DNA of 32,000 bases from Psychrobacter cryohalolentis K5. GTDB taxonomy: Bacteria; Pseudomonadota; Gammaproteobacteria; Pseudomonadales; Moraxellaceae. The notes under the pieces are model-generated. The model saw nothing but the letters and a program-made list of their open reading frames with translations, was not told where the DNA came from and did not search any database. A program made the translations under genes and the position numbers. The stretch covers positions 2,160,001 through 2,192,000 of the forward strand of contig NC_007969.1 in assembly GCF_000013905.1 (NCBI RefSeq). Reading direction: 5' to 3'. The number at the start of each line of letters is the position of its first letter. Positions within the stretch are counted from its first letter, which is position 1. Positions 10,132 through 20,594 of this stretch are shown one piece after another.

Positions 10132-10443
10132 TTAAGCATTAATCGCTTTGATTTTTAACAAGGTATACCATTGGCGGTGACCTTGCTCTTTGTGATAATG
10201 CTTACGACGGTTGTGCTTGACGATACGGATTTTTTCGCCGCGACCATGCTCAACAACTTCAACTTCAACACTAGCGCCTTCAACGATAGGCTGACCGATC
10301 TTGACAGTTTCACCATCAACAATCATCAACACATCTTCAAATTTGATTGTTTCGCCTGTTTCTGCTTTAAGTAATTCAACTTTAAGCAATTCATTAACGA
10401 CTACACGGTGCTGTTTACCACCAGTTTTGATTACTGCGTACAT
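10132..10443 (-). CDS. rplU: 50S ribosomal protein L21
   Basis: 103 aa. [14 protein letters not shown] is canonical L21. It lies upstream of rpmA as in most bacteria. Confidence 0.97.
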   Translation of the reverse strand: MYAVIKTGGKQHRVVVNELLKVELLKAETGETIKFEDVLMIVDGETVKIGQPIVEGASVEVEVVEHGRGEKIRIVKHNRRKHYHKEQGHRQWYTLLKIKAINA

Positions 10444-10530
10444 TGTATGACTCCGTTTAACCCGTGTGCCGTGGCTGATATCATACCAACACTTCGACGA
10501 CGAACACGACAGGGAAAAATTAAAGGCAAG

Positions 10531-10559
10531 ATTTTACGGCTTTTCGCTGATAAAAGCAA
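10531..10559 (-). promoter_or_regulatory. sigma70 promoter of rplU-rpmA
   Basis: On the minus strand: TTGCTT (complement of 10554-10559), a 17-bp spacer, then TAAAAT (complement of 10531-10536). This gives a leader of about 80 nt. Confidence 0.5.
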
Positions 10560-11024
10560 GCCGCACCTCTTGTTTTTGTATGGTGGTGATACCAAAAATC
10601 TATACTCGTATCAGACACAATGTCATTGATTAATCAGCGCAATGTATATCGCTATTAATACAGACCGCCTAATAACACGCAGAGATAGTGGTTAAAATCC
10701 AACAGCGGCTATTATAGCTTATCTAATCAGATACTTACAGTTTTTTGTAAATAGACATGTAATAAGTATCTATTCATTAGTCATCGTTGTTTAGATCACT
10801 TAGCTGCTAATAGCTACTTACCAGTGATTTGCTGATTTTCACCATAATAAACGCTGTAATATTCGCCTGAACCTCAAGCGCCGTATCGTATTTTGCTATA
10901 CTTAAATCAACAATATCACTAGACAGCTATGCTATCATGCATAAAACGCTGGCTTTGCTAAGTATCACTATTAAAAGTATCGCTATTAAAATATTCTTTA
11001 TTTTTATTGGTATGATTATCTATT

Positions 11025-12059
11025 ATGACTTGTACTCCTTTATCTAAAACCGCTGCGCCATTAATCAATCTATCGTCTACACCAACCTATGCTGATATCC
11101 AGAGCATTGTGGCTGATGATTTCGATATTATGGACAAACAAGTGTTTGGCAGCCTTAATTCCAAAGTTAAGCTGGTGATGAATGTCTCACAGCACGTGAT
11201 TAACGCTGGCGGCAAACGTATGCGCCCATTAATTACCTTGTTATGCGCGCGAATGCTTAATGATGAGCCATCGAAGCAAGCCATGCATTTGGCAGCGATT
11301 ACTGAGATGCTGCATACGGCAACCTTGGTACATGATGATGTGATTGATGAATCAGGACAGCGCCGTGGTAAGCCTACTGCCAATGCCACTTGGGATAATG
11401 CGACAGCTGTCTTGGTCGGCGATTATTTGATTGCTCGCGCTTTTAATTTGTTAGTGGGCTTTCAAAGCTTGCCACTATTGCAAGTGTTTTCAGACGGTAC
11501 TTGTGATATTGCTGAAGGTGAAGTATTACAACTGCAGCATCAGCATAATCCTGAAGCAACTGAGCAAGATTACCTCAATATCATCGATGGTAAGACTTCA
11601 CGATTATTTATGATGGCAACTCAAGGCGCTGCGATTTTGCAAGGTCAAACGCAGCATTTGCAAGCATTGGCTAATTTTGGTCAGCACTTTGGCAATGCTT
11701 TTCAAATTGTCGATGACGTGCTTGATTACAGTGGCGATAGTGCGCTGATGGGTAAAAATCTCGGCGATGATCTAGCTGAAGGCAAACCTACTCTACCTAC
11801 TATTAAAGCACTCGAACTACTCAAAGACAGCAACAAAGAAGGCTATGAGCAGCTGCGTATCGCCGTCCAAACGGGCAAAACCCCCAATGCAGAACAGTTA
11901 ATCGCCTTAGTACGCCATTCAGGCTCACTAGATTACTGTAAACAGCGGGCTTTAGAAGAAACAAAGCTTGCCCAACAAGCACTCAGCAGTTTGCCGGATA
12001 ATCGCTATCGTCAGGGCCTATACCAGTTGACTGAACTTGCCAGTGCTCGCTTATTATAA
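11025..12059 (+). CDS. ispB: octaprenyl-diphosphate synthase (trans-polyprenyl diphosphate synthase)
   Basis: Two Asp-rich motifs (LVHDDVIDES and QIVDDVLD). It is divergent from rplU-rpmA, as in E. coli. Confidence 0.88.
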   Translation: MTCTPLSKTAAPLINLSSTPTYADIQSIVADDFDIMDKQVFGSLNSKVKLVMNVSQHVINAGGKRMRPLITLLCARMLNDEPSKQAMHLAAITEMLHTATLVHDDVIDESGQRRGKPTANATWDNATAVLVGDYLIARAFNLLVGFQSLPLLQVFSDGTCDIAEGEVLQLQHQHNPEATEQDYLNIIDGKTSRLFMMATQGAAILQGQTQHLQALANFGQHFGNAFQIVDDVLDYSGDSALMGKNLGDDLAEGKPTLPTIKALELLKDSNKEGYEQLRIAVQTGKTPNAEQLIALVRHSGSLDYCKQRALEETKLAQQALSSLPDNRYRQGLYQLTELASARLL

Positions 12060-12123
12060 TTATCAAATAACAACGCTTAGTTATTATTTATATTGCTACT
12101 ACATTGATAAGACTCAAATCGAT

Positions 12124-12157
12124 ACTGCTTATATTGATATAAGCAGTTAAATGTTTT
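12124..12157 (+). terminator. probable ispB terminator
   Basis: Perfect 10-bp stem ACTGCTTATA / TATAAGCAGT with loop TTGA. The T5 run begins 5 nt after the stem, which is non-ideal spacing. Confidence 0.5.
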
Positions 12158-12413
12158 TATTGCTAAATTTTTACTTAATTATTGCTATAGCAATGTTTTT
12201 CTGAACAGACTAAATATTGCTTCTTATGTGTCTCCCTTTATTAATAATGCACTTCTATATTTTTTAAATAAACAAAATTTAACAATGTTATCACTAACTA
12301 ACCAATGTAAATTTTGCCCTTCATTTTTAGCGTAATGCTTGTGTTTTCAATAGGTTCTAATCTTTTATTATCATAAACGGCAATGATAGCCGCCAGAAAC
12401 GGTTTTTTTCGCC

Positions 12414-12445
12414 TTGACTGTGGGGTATACCCTATAGTTTATAAT
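12414..12445 (+). promoter_or_regulatory. candidate RND-operon promoter with a 20-bp spacer that contains dyads
   Basis: TTGACT (12414-12419) and TATAAT (12440-12445) are separated by 20 bp. The spacer contains the perfect palindrome GGGTATACCC (12423-12432), which overlaps TATA-CCC-TATA (12426-12436). Confidence 0.4.
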
Positions 12446-12606
12446 CTCTTATTAAATTTACTTATCCGGTTATTGAGTATTCGATGTACTGTGATAACGA
12501 TAAATGCCTAATAGTTTTTTATATTTTCTACGTTAAGATGTATCCATAAACTTTTTATATTGTCACTATTTATTATTATATGATATTTATATTGCCGAGG
12601 ACATTG

Positions 12607-13953
12607 ATGAAGCACTCTTATCTTGCGCTTGTAATAGCAACTGTACTATCTGGAGCTGTACTGGTTGGCTGTGACAAAAAAGAGGATGCCGCTGGCGACG
12701 CGGCGGCGGCACAGCAACAAATGCCGCCCTCCGTCGTCAACGTTCAGACTGTTACTTTTGATACCGTACCACAAGTACAGACTTTTGCTGGACGTACAGC
12801 GGCTTATCAAACCGCTGACGTCCGCCCACAGGTAAACGGCATTATCGACGAAGTGTTGTTCCGTGAGGGCAGCAACGTCAAAAAAGGTCAACCTTTATAT
12901 CGCATTAATACGGATAACTATGCGACGTCTATTACCAGTGGTCAGGCGGCAATAGCCCAAGCAGAGGCCAACTATCAGACGGCATTGGCTAATAATGCCA
13001 ATGCAAAAGCGGATTTGGCCAGCCGTCAAGCGTCATTATCACAAGCACAAAATGATTTGCAACGTCTGCAAGGTTTGGTGGCTATTGATGCCATCTCAAA
13101 GCAGCAATACGATCAAGCACAAACCGCTGTGCGTACTGCACAAGCAGCTGTCCAAAGCGCCAATGCTGCTATCGGTCAATCACAAGCCGGTATTGAAAGC
13201 GCAAAAGCAGGTATCCAAACGGCGAAGGCTGGGTTGCAAGCGAGCACTTTAGATCTCAATCGTACTATCGTACGTGCGCCTATCTCAGGTCGTACAGATC
13301 GCTCGAGCGTCACTGCCGGTACATTGGTTAGCTCAGGTCAACCTACTCCTTTAGTGACTATCTCACGCCTAGATCCTATCTATGTCGATATCAGTCAATC
13401 ATCCTCTGAGCTGCTTAAATTGCGTCAGCAGATCTCTGCAGGCAAAGCAAAAACTGGCATGAACTCAGTTGAATTGGTGTTAGAGGATGGTTCAACCTAT
13501 CCTGTACGTGGCGAGTTGGCATTGTCAGAGGCGAAAGTCGATGAATCAACAGGGGCAGTGACCTTACGTGCCATCTTCCCAAATAACAGCAATATCTTAT
13601 TACCCGGTATGTATGTCACTGCGCGCTTAACTCAAAGCGTCATTACCAATGCGGCATTAATTCCGCAAAGCGCAGTCACACGTACACCTAAGAGTGAAAC
13701 GCAAGTCTATATCGTCGATGAAAACAACAAAATCCAAGTTCGTCCGGTCACGATTAATGGTACTTATCAAGGACGATGGGTAGTCACTGACGGTCTTCAA
13801 GCTGGCGACAAAGTCGTGATTATCGGCGGCGCAAAAGTGAAGCCTGAACAAGAGGTTATTGCGAAGCCATTAGAAAATCCAAACCCTGCGCCTGCTGCAA
13901 AAGAAGCTGCTGCCAAAACACCGCAGCAAGCTGCACAATCAGCCGCCAAATAA
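12607..13953 (+). CDS. RND efflux membrane-fusion (periplasmic adaptor) lipoprotein, AcrA/AdeI/MexA type
   Basis: Lipobox LVGC after MKHSYLALVIATVLSGAV. GAGGA SD lies 6 nt before ATG 12607, so the track ORF start at 12580 is probably too early. Coiled-coil hairpin and RAPISGR barrel motif are present. There is an Ala/Pro/Gln-rich tail. Confidence 0.9.
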   Translation: MKHSYLALVIATVLSGAVLVGCDKKEDAAGDAAAAQQQMPPSVVNVQTVTFDTVPQVQTFAGRTAAYQTADVRPQVNGIIDEVLFREGSNVKKGQPLYRINTDNYATSITSGQAAIAQAEANYQTALANNANAKADLASRQASLSQAQNDLQRLQGLVAIDAISKQQYDQAQTAVRTAQAAVQSANAAIGQSQAGIESAKAGIQTAKAGLQASTLDLNRTIVRAPISGRTDRSSVTAGTLVSSGQPTPLVTISRLDPIYVDISQSSSELLKLRQQISAGKAKTGMNSVELVLEDGSTYPVRGELALSEAKVDESTGAVTLRAIFPNNSNILLPGMYVTARLTQSVITNAALIPQSAVTRTPKSETQVYIVDENNKIQVRPVTINGTYQGRWVVTDGLQAGDKVVIIGGAKVKPEQEVIAKPLENPNPAPAAKEAAAKTPQQAAQSAAK

Positions 13954-13988
13954 TTCCATTCAAAGCTAGGAAGACTTAGGGATTTACT

Positions 13989-16900
13989 ATGTCACGTTTT
14001 TTTATTGATCGCCCTATTTTTGCATGGGTGATGGCTATTTTAGTCATGCTTATCGGGATAATATCGGTTATTAACCTACCGATCGAGCAGTATCCACGTA
14101 TTGCACCACCGACCATCTCAGTCAGTGCCAGCTATCCTGGTGCTAACGCACAAACTGTCGAGAACTCAGTCATACAGATCATTGAACAACGTATGAAGGG
14201 TCTTGATGGTCTGATGTATATGTCGTCATCGAGCTCGTCAAATGGTAGCGCCTCAGTGACGCTTACCTTTGAGAATGGTACTGATTCTGATACCGCACAA
14301 GTACAAGTACAGAACAAACTGCAAGCAGCGATGAGCTCCTTGCCTGAGTCTGTTCAGCGTCAAGGCGTCAACGTCAATAAATCGTCTAGCAGCTTTTTGA
14401 TGGTGCAAGCATTTATTTCTGAAGATGGCACTATGGATCGAGCGGATATTGCCGATTACATTAACTCCAATGTCGTCGATTCGATCAGTCGTGTAGAGGG
14501 TGTGGGGGAAGTTCAAGTCTTCGGTTCTACCTATGCGATGCGTGTATGGCTTGACCCTTCACGCCTACGCAGCTATAACATGGTACCGTCTGATGTCGTC
14601 AATGCAATACGAGCGCAGAACGCGCAAGTATCTGCTGGTCAGCTAGGTCAAGCACCTGCTGATACCGATCAACAGGTTATCAATGCCACCGTTACAGTGC
14701 AAAGCTATCTACAAACACCTGAAGAATTCCAAAATATTCTGTTAAAAACAGATACCTCAGGCGCCCAAGTACGCTTAGGCGATGTGGCAGATGTCGAAAT
14801 TGGTAGTGCAGACTATAGTGTAGTATCGCTATATAACGGTCAAGAAGCTGCCGCTTTGGGTATTTCACTCGCAGGTGGTGCTAACGCGCTTGAGACTCGT
14901 GAAGCCGTTGGCGCACGTATGGCGGAGCTAGAAAAAAACTTCCCAATTGGTCTAGTCTCAGTCGTTCCTTATGACACCACGCCATTCGTACGCTTGTCTA
15001 TCGAACAAGTCGTCATGACCCTCATTGAGGCGATTGTGTTGGTATTTATCGTCATGTTCATTTTCTTACAGAACTGGCGTGCAACTATTATTCCGACGCT
15101 TGCCGTACCTGTCGTTTTACTGGGCACGTTCGCAGTGCTTTATGTAGCGGGCTTTAGTATCAACGTGCTGACCATGTTTGCGATGGTACTGTCCATCGGT
15201 CTACTGGTCGATGATGCGATCGTTGTGGTAGAGAACGTTGAACGTATCTTAGAAGAAGATCCTCATATTTCTATTAAAGACGCGACCATTCAATCGATGG
15301 GTGAGATTAGTAAGATTGTTATCGGTATTGCTTTGATTCTATCAGCAGTATTTGTACCGATGGCCTTCTTCGGGGGTTCAACGGGCGTAATTTACCGTCA
15401 GTTCTCCATTACTTTGATTACTGCTATGGTGTTATCAGCCATTGTCGCCCTTGTTTTCACCCCTGCGCTATGCGTGACCTTATTAAAACGTGGCAAGAGC
15501 CATGAAAAAGGCAACGAAGAAAAGCAAAAAGGCTTCTTTGGCTGGTTTAACCGCTCATTCTTTAAGCTTAGTCGTTCATACGAAGGCTTTGTCGGTAAAA
15601 GCTTTCGCTTCAAATGGTTATATTTGATTGGTTATGCGGCCATTATTGGCGTCATGGTGGTGGTATTCTTACGTATTCCCGGCTCATTTTTACCAGAAGA
15701 AGATCAAGGTATTATGTTTACCTTGGTTCAGCTTCCTGCCGGTTCGACGTTAGATGAAACACAAGAAGTGCTCGATAAAGTGAGTAACTATTACACCACA
15801 CAAGAAGCTGATAATATCGCCTCCGTCTTTACAATTGCAGGCTTCAGCTTTGCAGGTCAAGGGCAAAATATGGGACTGGCATTCGTTCGCTTGTCAGATT
15901 GGGAAGCGCGTTCCGGTGATGAGAACACTGCTCAGGCTGTTGCTGGTCGAGCAATGGGTTACTTCTTTACCCAATTAAATGAAGCGCAAGTTTTTGCGAT
16001 TGTACCGCCAGCCATTACCGAACTTGGTAACGCCAGTGGTTTTGATTTAATGATTCAAGATAATGGTAACCTTGGTCACGACGGGCTACTTGAAGCACGA
16101 AACATGCTGCTAGGCATGGCAGCGCAAAACGATCAAGTCGCTGGTGTACGCCCTAACGGTCAGGAAGACTCACCGCAGCTTAAGGTGAATATCAACCAAG
16201 AGCAAGCCGCCGCTTATGGCTTGTCACTAGGTAATATCAATAGCGTTATCTCCACCGCTTGGGGCTCAAGCTACGTGAATGACTTCATTGATCGTGGCCG
16301 TATTAAACGCGTCTTTGTTCAAGGTGAAGCGAGTAGCCGCACCAATCCGGATGATATTGGTAAATGGTACGTACGAAATGAAATGGGCGATATGATCTCA
16401 TTTAATGCTTTTTCGACCAGTGAATGGCAATCAGGCTCACCACGTCTGACCCGCTACAACAGCTTACCGTCTATGAACATCCAAGGCAGTGCTGCGCCCG
16501 GTCTAAGTACTGGTGAAGCGATGAGCTCGATGGAAGCGATGATCGAAAAGCTACCTGAAGGTATCGGTTACGAGTGGACAGGTATGTCACTAGAAGAGCA
16601 AAAGTCAGGCGCTCAAGCACCGATGCTCTACGCACTTTCAATCTTAGTCGTGTTCTTATGTTTGGCAGCCCTCTATGAAAGCTGGTCTATTCCCTTCTCT
16701 GTCCTACTGGTCATTCCACTTGGGGTATTAGGGGCAGTCATATTTACGTGGTTACGAGGTTTCGCCAACGATATTTACCTACAAGTAGGTCTGCTTACCG
16801 TCGTAGGTCTATCGGCCAAAAACGCCATCTTGATTATCGAGTTTGCTAAAGAGCATCAAGAGGAAGGCTATAGTCTAAAAGAGGCCGTCATGACAGCAGC

Positions 16901-17291
16901 ACGCCAACGTATGCGCCCCATTATCATGACCTCACTTGCCTTTGGTCTAGGTGTTGTGCCATTGTTCTTGGCGAGCGGTCCAGGTTCAGGCAGTCAAAAT
17001 GCCATTGGTACCAGTGTGGTCGGTGGTGTTGTCTCTGCAACATTACTAGGCATCTTCTTTATTCCGATGTTCTATATCTGGATACGCAGTGTGTTCCCTC
17101 ACAAGTATGAGAACAACAAGCCAAATAATGGTGGCAGTACGCCTGGCGGCTCTAACCCTGATAATCCAGACAGTCCTGCTGGACCAACAGAGTATAATGA
17201 ACCACCGATCACACACGTTGACGACGATATGCAAAACATGACGCTTTCTAAGAGCGCTCAGTCTGCAAGCTTTGGAGATAATACACAATGA
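13989..17291 (+). CDS. RND multidrug efflux permease, HAE1 family (AcrB/AdeJ/MexB type)
   Basis: 1100 aa. MSRFFIDRPIFAWVMAI..IEQYP.IAPPTI..SA.YPGA.A..VE is the AcrB-family N-terminus. The 12-TM layout is present. It has a low-complexity tail of about 64 aa after TM12. Confidence 0.95.
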   Translation: MSRFFIDRPIFAWVMAILVMLIGIISVINLPIEQYPRIAPPTISVSASYPGANAQTVENSVIQIIEQRMKGLDGLMYMSSSSSSNGSASVTLTFENGTDSDTAQVQVQNKLQAAMSSLPESVQRQGVNVNKSSSSFLMVQAFISEDGTMDRADIADYINSNVVDSISRVEGVGEVQVFGSTYAMRVWLDPSRLRSYNMVPSDVVNAIRAQNAQVSAGQLGQAPADTDQQVINATVTVQSYLQTPEEFQNILLKTDTSGAQVRLGDVADVEIGSADYSVVSLYNGQEAAALGISLAGGANALETREAVGARMAELEKNFPIGLVSVVPYDTTPFVRLSIEQVVMTLIEAIVLVFIVMFIFLQNWRATIIPTLAVPVVLLGTFAVLYVAGFSINVLTMFAMVLSIGLLVDDAIVVVENVERILEEDPHISIKDATIQSMGEISKIVIGIALILSAVFVPMAFFGGSTGVIYRQFSITLITAMVLSAIVALVFTPALCVTLLKRGKSHEKGNEEKQKGFFGWFNRSFFKLSRSYEGFVGKSFRFKWLYLIGYAAIIGVMVVVFLRIPGSFLPEEDQGIMFTLVQLPAGSTLDETQEVLDKVSNYYTTQEADNIASVFTIAGFSFAGQGQNMGLAFVRLSDWEARSGDENTAQAVAGRAMGYFFTQLNEAQVFAIVPPAITELGNASGFDLMIQDNGNLGHDGLLEARNMLLGMAAQNDQVAGVRPNGQEDSPQLKVNINQEQAAAYGLSLGNINSVISTAWGSSYVNDFIDRGRIKRVFVQGEASSRTNPDDIGKWYVRNEMGDMISFNAFSTSEWQSGSPRLTRYNSLPSMNIQGSAAPGLSTGEAMSSMEAMIEKLPEGIGYEWTGMSLEEQKSGAQAPMLYALSILVVFLCLAALYESWSIPFSVLLVIPLGVLGAVIFTWLRGFANDIYLQVGLLTVVGLSAKNAILIIEFAKEHQEEGYSLKEAVMTAARQRMRPIIMTSLAFGLGVVPLFLASGPGSGSQNAIGTSVVGGVVSATLLGIFFIPMFYIWIRSVFPHKYENNKPNNGGSTPGGSNPDNPDSPAGPTEYNEPPITHVDDDMQNMTLSKSAQSASFGDNTQ

Positions 17292-19090
17292 GTTTACGTT
17301 ATTTTGTTACCCCCAACTCAGTAACTAAGGCAGTCTCTTTGACTGCCCGCGTTCGCCAAAATAGTGGACGTTTAATAGGTCTAACAGCCTTAGCGATGAG
17401 CATGGCGGCTTGTAATACCATTCCAAAGGCTGATACACGTCCTGTATTGGCGGTGCCTAATATTCCGATCGAACAAACCTATGGCGCGTTTGATAAAGAG
17501 ACCGTTAGTAGCGCTGAGCAAGCCAGTCTTGCTAGTCAACGCTGGCAGAACTTTTACAGCGATGAGCGTTTAAAGGGTCTGATTGCTCTAGGTTTAGAGA
17601 ACAATAAAGACTTTGAAAGTGCTCGTTTAGCGATTGAAAAAGCCCGTGCACAATATCAAATTACTGATATCAATGATCTACCTCGCATTGATGGTAATGC
17701 TGGCTATTCGCGCACGCGTCAACGCGGACAAACAGGCGATAACTATAATGTTAACCTTGGTCTTGCCAATTATGAGCTCGACTTTTGGGGTAAAATTGCC
17801 AGCTTAAAAGATCAAGCGTTGCAGAACTTTTTATCAACGACAGCGGCAAAAGACGCGACCCAGATCAGTCTGATTAGCAACATTGCTCAAAGCTATGCCA
17901 ATTTGAGCTATAGCTTGGCGCAGCTACAACTGGCAGAGGCGACTGTAGAGAGCCGTGAGAAATCGCTATTTATTGCTAGCAAACGCTTTGAAGCTGGTAT
18001 TGATCCTAAGCTGCCCTCTTTGCAATCTAGCGCCTCACTTGAAAATGCCCGACTTGCCGTTTTACGTGCCCAAAGCAGTATTTTAAAATCACGTAATGCA
18101 TTGCAGTTTTTAGTTGGTGGACCGATTCCAACCAATCTGATTCCAACGCCTGCGGTCAGTAATATCACAAGTCAGCAAGTATTTAGTGCTGGCTTGCCAA
18201 GTGAGCTGCTACGCTATCGTCCTGATGTGTTGCAAGCAGAATATAATCTGAAAGCAGCTGGTGCGAATATCGAAGTGGCGCGCGCGTCTTATTACCCCTC
18301 TATCAGCTTGGCCAGTAATATTGGCTTAAGCAGCGGCAGTTTAAATGACCTGTTTAAAAGTGGTTCTGTCGGCTGGTCATTCGGTCCAAGCGTTAGTGTG
18401 CCTATCTTTGATGCTGGTCGCTTAGATGCCAACTATGATGTGGCACAAATCGAGCGTAAGCAGACGCTTGCAGGCTATGAGCGCTCAATTCAAACCGCTT
18501 TCCGTGAAGTGTCGGATGTCTTAGCCACCCGTGCAACTTTGGGCGAGCAGTTAGAGGGGCAGTATCGTTTGCAAGACAACTTTGAGCAAACGTATCAGAT
18601 TGCTGATGCGCGCTTTAAAGCAGGTATCTCAAACTACCTAGACGTCCTTGATGCTCAGCGTTCGTTATTTTCAACGCAACAAGGCATTTTGGATTTAGAG
18701 CTACAGAAAATCATCAGTCAAGTTGAGCTTTATCAAGTGTTGGGTGGCGGTGCCAATCTAGATGTACCAACCGTGATTCCTGTACCGCACCATAGAAATC
18801 TGGTACAAGTAGTCAATGCAGCTGCCAATAGTAACAAGGCAAAAGCTACTGATGCTATCGATGCGGCAAGTTCTGCACGTGTGGTTTCTGCTCAAGAAGC
18901 CCTCGCCATTAAACAGGCACAGCCAGTAGAAAAATCGACCTTTAAGCCAACGGCTGTGGTCGATGTCAATAACGATGGCAAGACTGATGCTGCTCTCGGG
19001 GTGATTACTGAAGAAACCATCTCAAAAGAGACTCGCATTAAAGAAGTCAGTGTTGAGCAAGTACCAGTCACGCAGATTATTGAGCCATAA
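17288..19090 (+). CDS. RND efflux outer-membrane factor lipoprotein (OprM/AdeK/NodT family) with a 112-aa C-terminal extension
   Basis: ATGA overlap with the permease stop. Lipobox AMSMAAC. The canonical OMF end is LYQVLGGG at about residue 488. TTG 17339 (AAGG 8 nt upstream) is an alternative start that gives a normal-length signal peptide. Confidence 0.9.
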   Translation: MSLRYFVTPNSVTKAVSLTARVRQNSGRLIGLTALAMSMAACNTIPKADTRPVLAVPNIPIEQTYGAFDKETVSSAEQASLASQRWQNFYSDERLKGLIALGLENNKDFESARLAIEKARAQYQITDINDLPRIDGNAGYSRTRQRGQTGDNYNVNLGLANYELDFWGKIASLKDQALQNFLSTTAAKDATQISLISNIAQSYANLSYSLAQLQLAEATVESREKSLFIASKRFEAGIDPKLPSLQSSASLENARLAVLRAQSSILKSRNALQFLVGGPIPTNLIPTPAVSNITSQQVFSAGLPSELLRYRPDVLQAEYNLKAAGANIEVARASYYPSISLASNIGLSSGSLNDLFKSGSVGWSFGPSVSVPIFDAGRLDANYDVAQIERKQTLAGYERSIQTAFREVSDVLATRATLGEQLEGQYRLQDNFEQTYQIADARFKAGISNYLDVLDAQRSLFSTQQGILDLELQKIISQVELYQVLGGGANLDVPTVIPVPHHRNLVQVVNAAANSNKAKATDAIDAASSARVVSAQEALAIKQAQPVEKSTFKPTAVVDVNNDGKTDAALGVITEETISKETRIKEVSVEQVPVTQIIEP

Positions 19091-19153
19091 ATCTTTATAA
19101 AGCCCTAAGCGCGTGACGTACTTTTATCGCGTTGATAGTCGATAACTACAATC

Positions 19154-19197
19154 AGCCCTACCGACTCATTATAGTAAGTCGGTAGGGCTTTTTGCTT
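19154..19197 (+). terminator. rho-independent terminator of the RND operon
   Basis: Perfect 13-bp stem AGCCCTACCGACT / AGTCGGTAGGGCT followed by TTTTGCTTTT. Confidence 0.88.
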
Positions 19198-19336
19198 TTG
19201 ATAGTGCTTTTGCTTTTCATAGCTGGTATTGGGTATAGTATCGACATTGTGTGACGTACCTTTTTAAAAACCTCAATAGAAACCTCATTAAAAATCTCAG
19301 TAATTAAAAAAATAACCGTGATTGCCATTCAGATAA

Positions 19337-20353
<1,017 letters not shown>

Positions 20354-20400
20354 TTTCAGCATATTTTTATATATAGTTAATCCACTTTTAAAAGGGTACA

Positions 20401-20476
20401 GAACTACTGGGTCTAATTATTCGCAGCCTCTGTCTGCGTAGGCACAGCAAGCAAGAAAAATTAACCCCAGTAGTAC
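20401..20476. repeat. imperfect 18-bp inverted repeat enclosing about 40 bp, in the hemB 3' region
   Basis: GAACTACTGGGTCTAATT (20401-20418) against AATTAACCCCAGTAGTAC (20459-20476), with 15 of 18 positions complementary. It lies between the hemB stop and the terminator. Confidence 0.4.
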
Positions 20477-20518
20477 CTTATTATATTTGTATTTCTTTTA
20501 TTTAGGACCGACTAGACT

Positions 20519-20563
20519 AAAAAAACCGTACCCACGACTTTATAGCAGCGGGTACGGTTTTTT
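20519..20563. terminator. bidirectional terminator between convergent hemB and the glutathione transferase gene
   Basis: AACCGTACCC / GGGTACGGTT stem with an A-run upstream and a T-run downstream. Confidence 0.8.
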
Positions 20564-20594
20564 ATTTCTTTATCACAAAAACTCAAACAGCATT

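Noticed and set aside
12414-12445. Interpretation of the 20-bp-spacer promoter as a MerR-regulated promoter.
   Set aside because: No MerR-family gene is present in the window, and the dyad is not centred as in classical MerR operators. It is kept only as an unusual-spacing observation in the findings.
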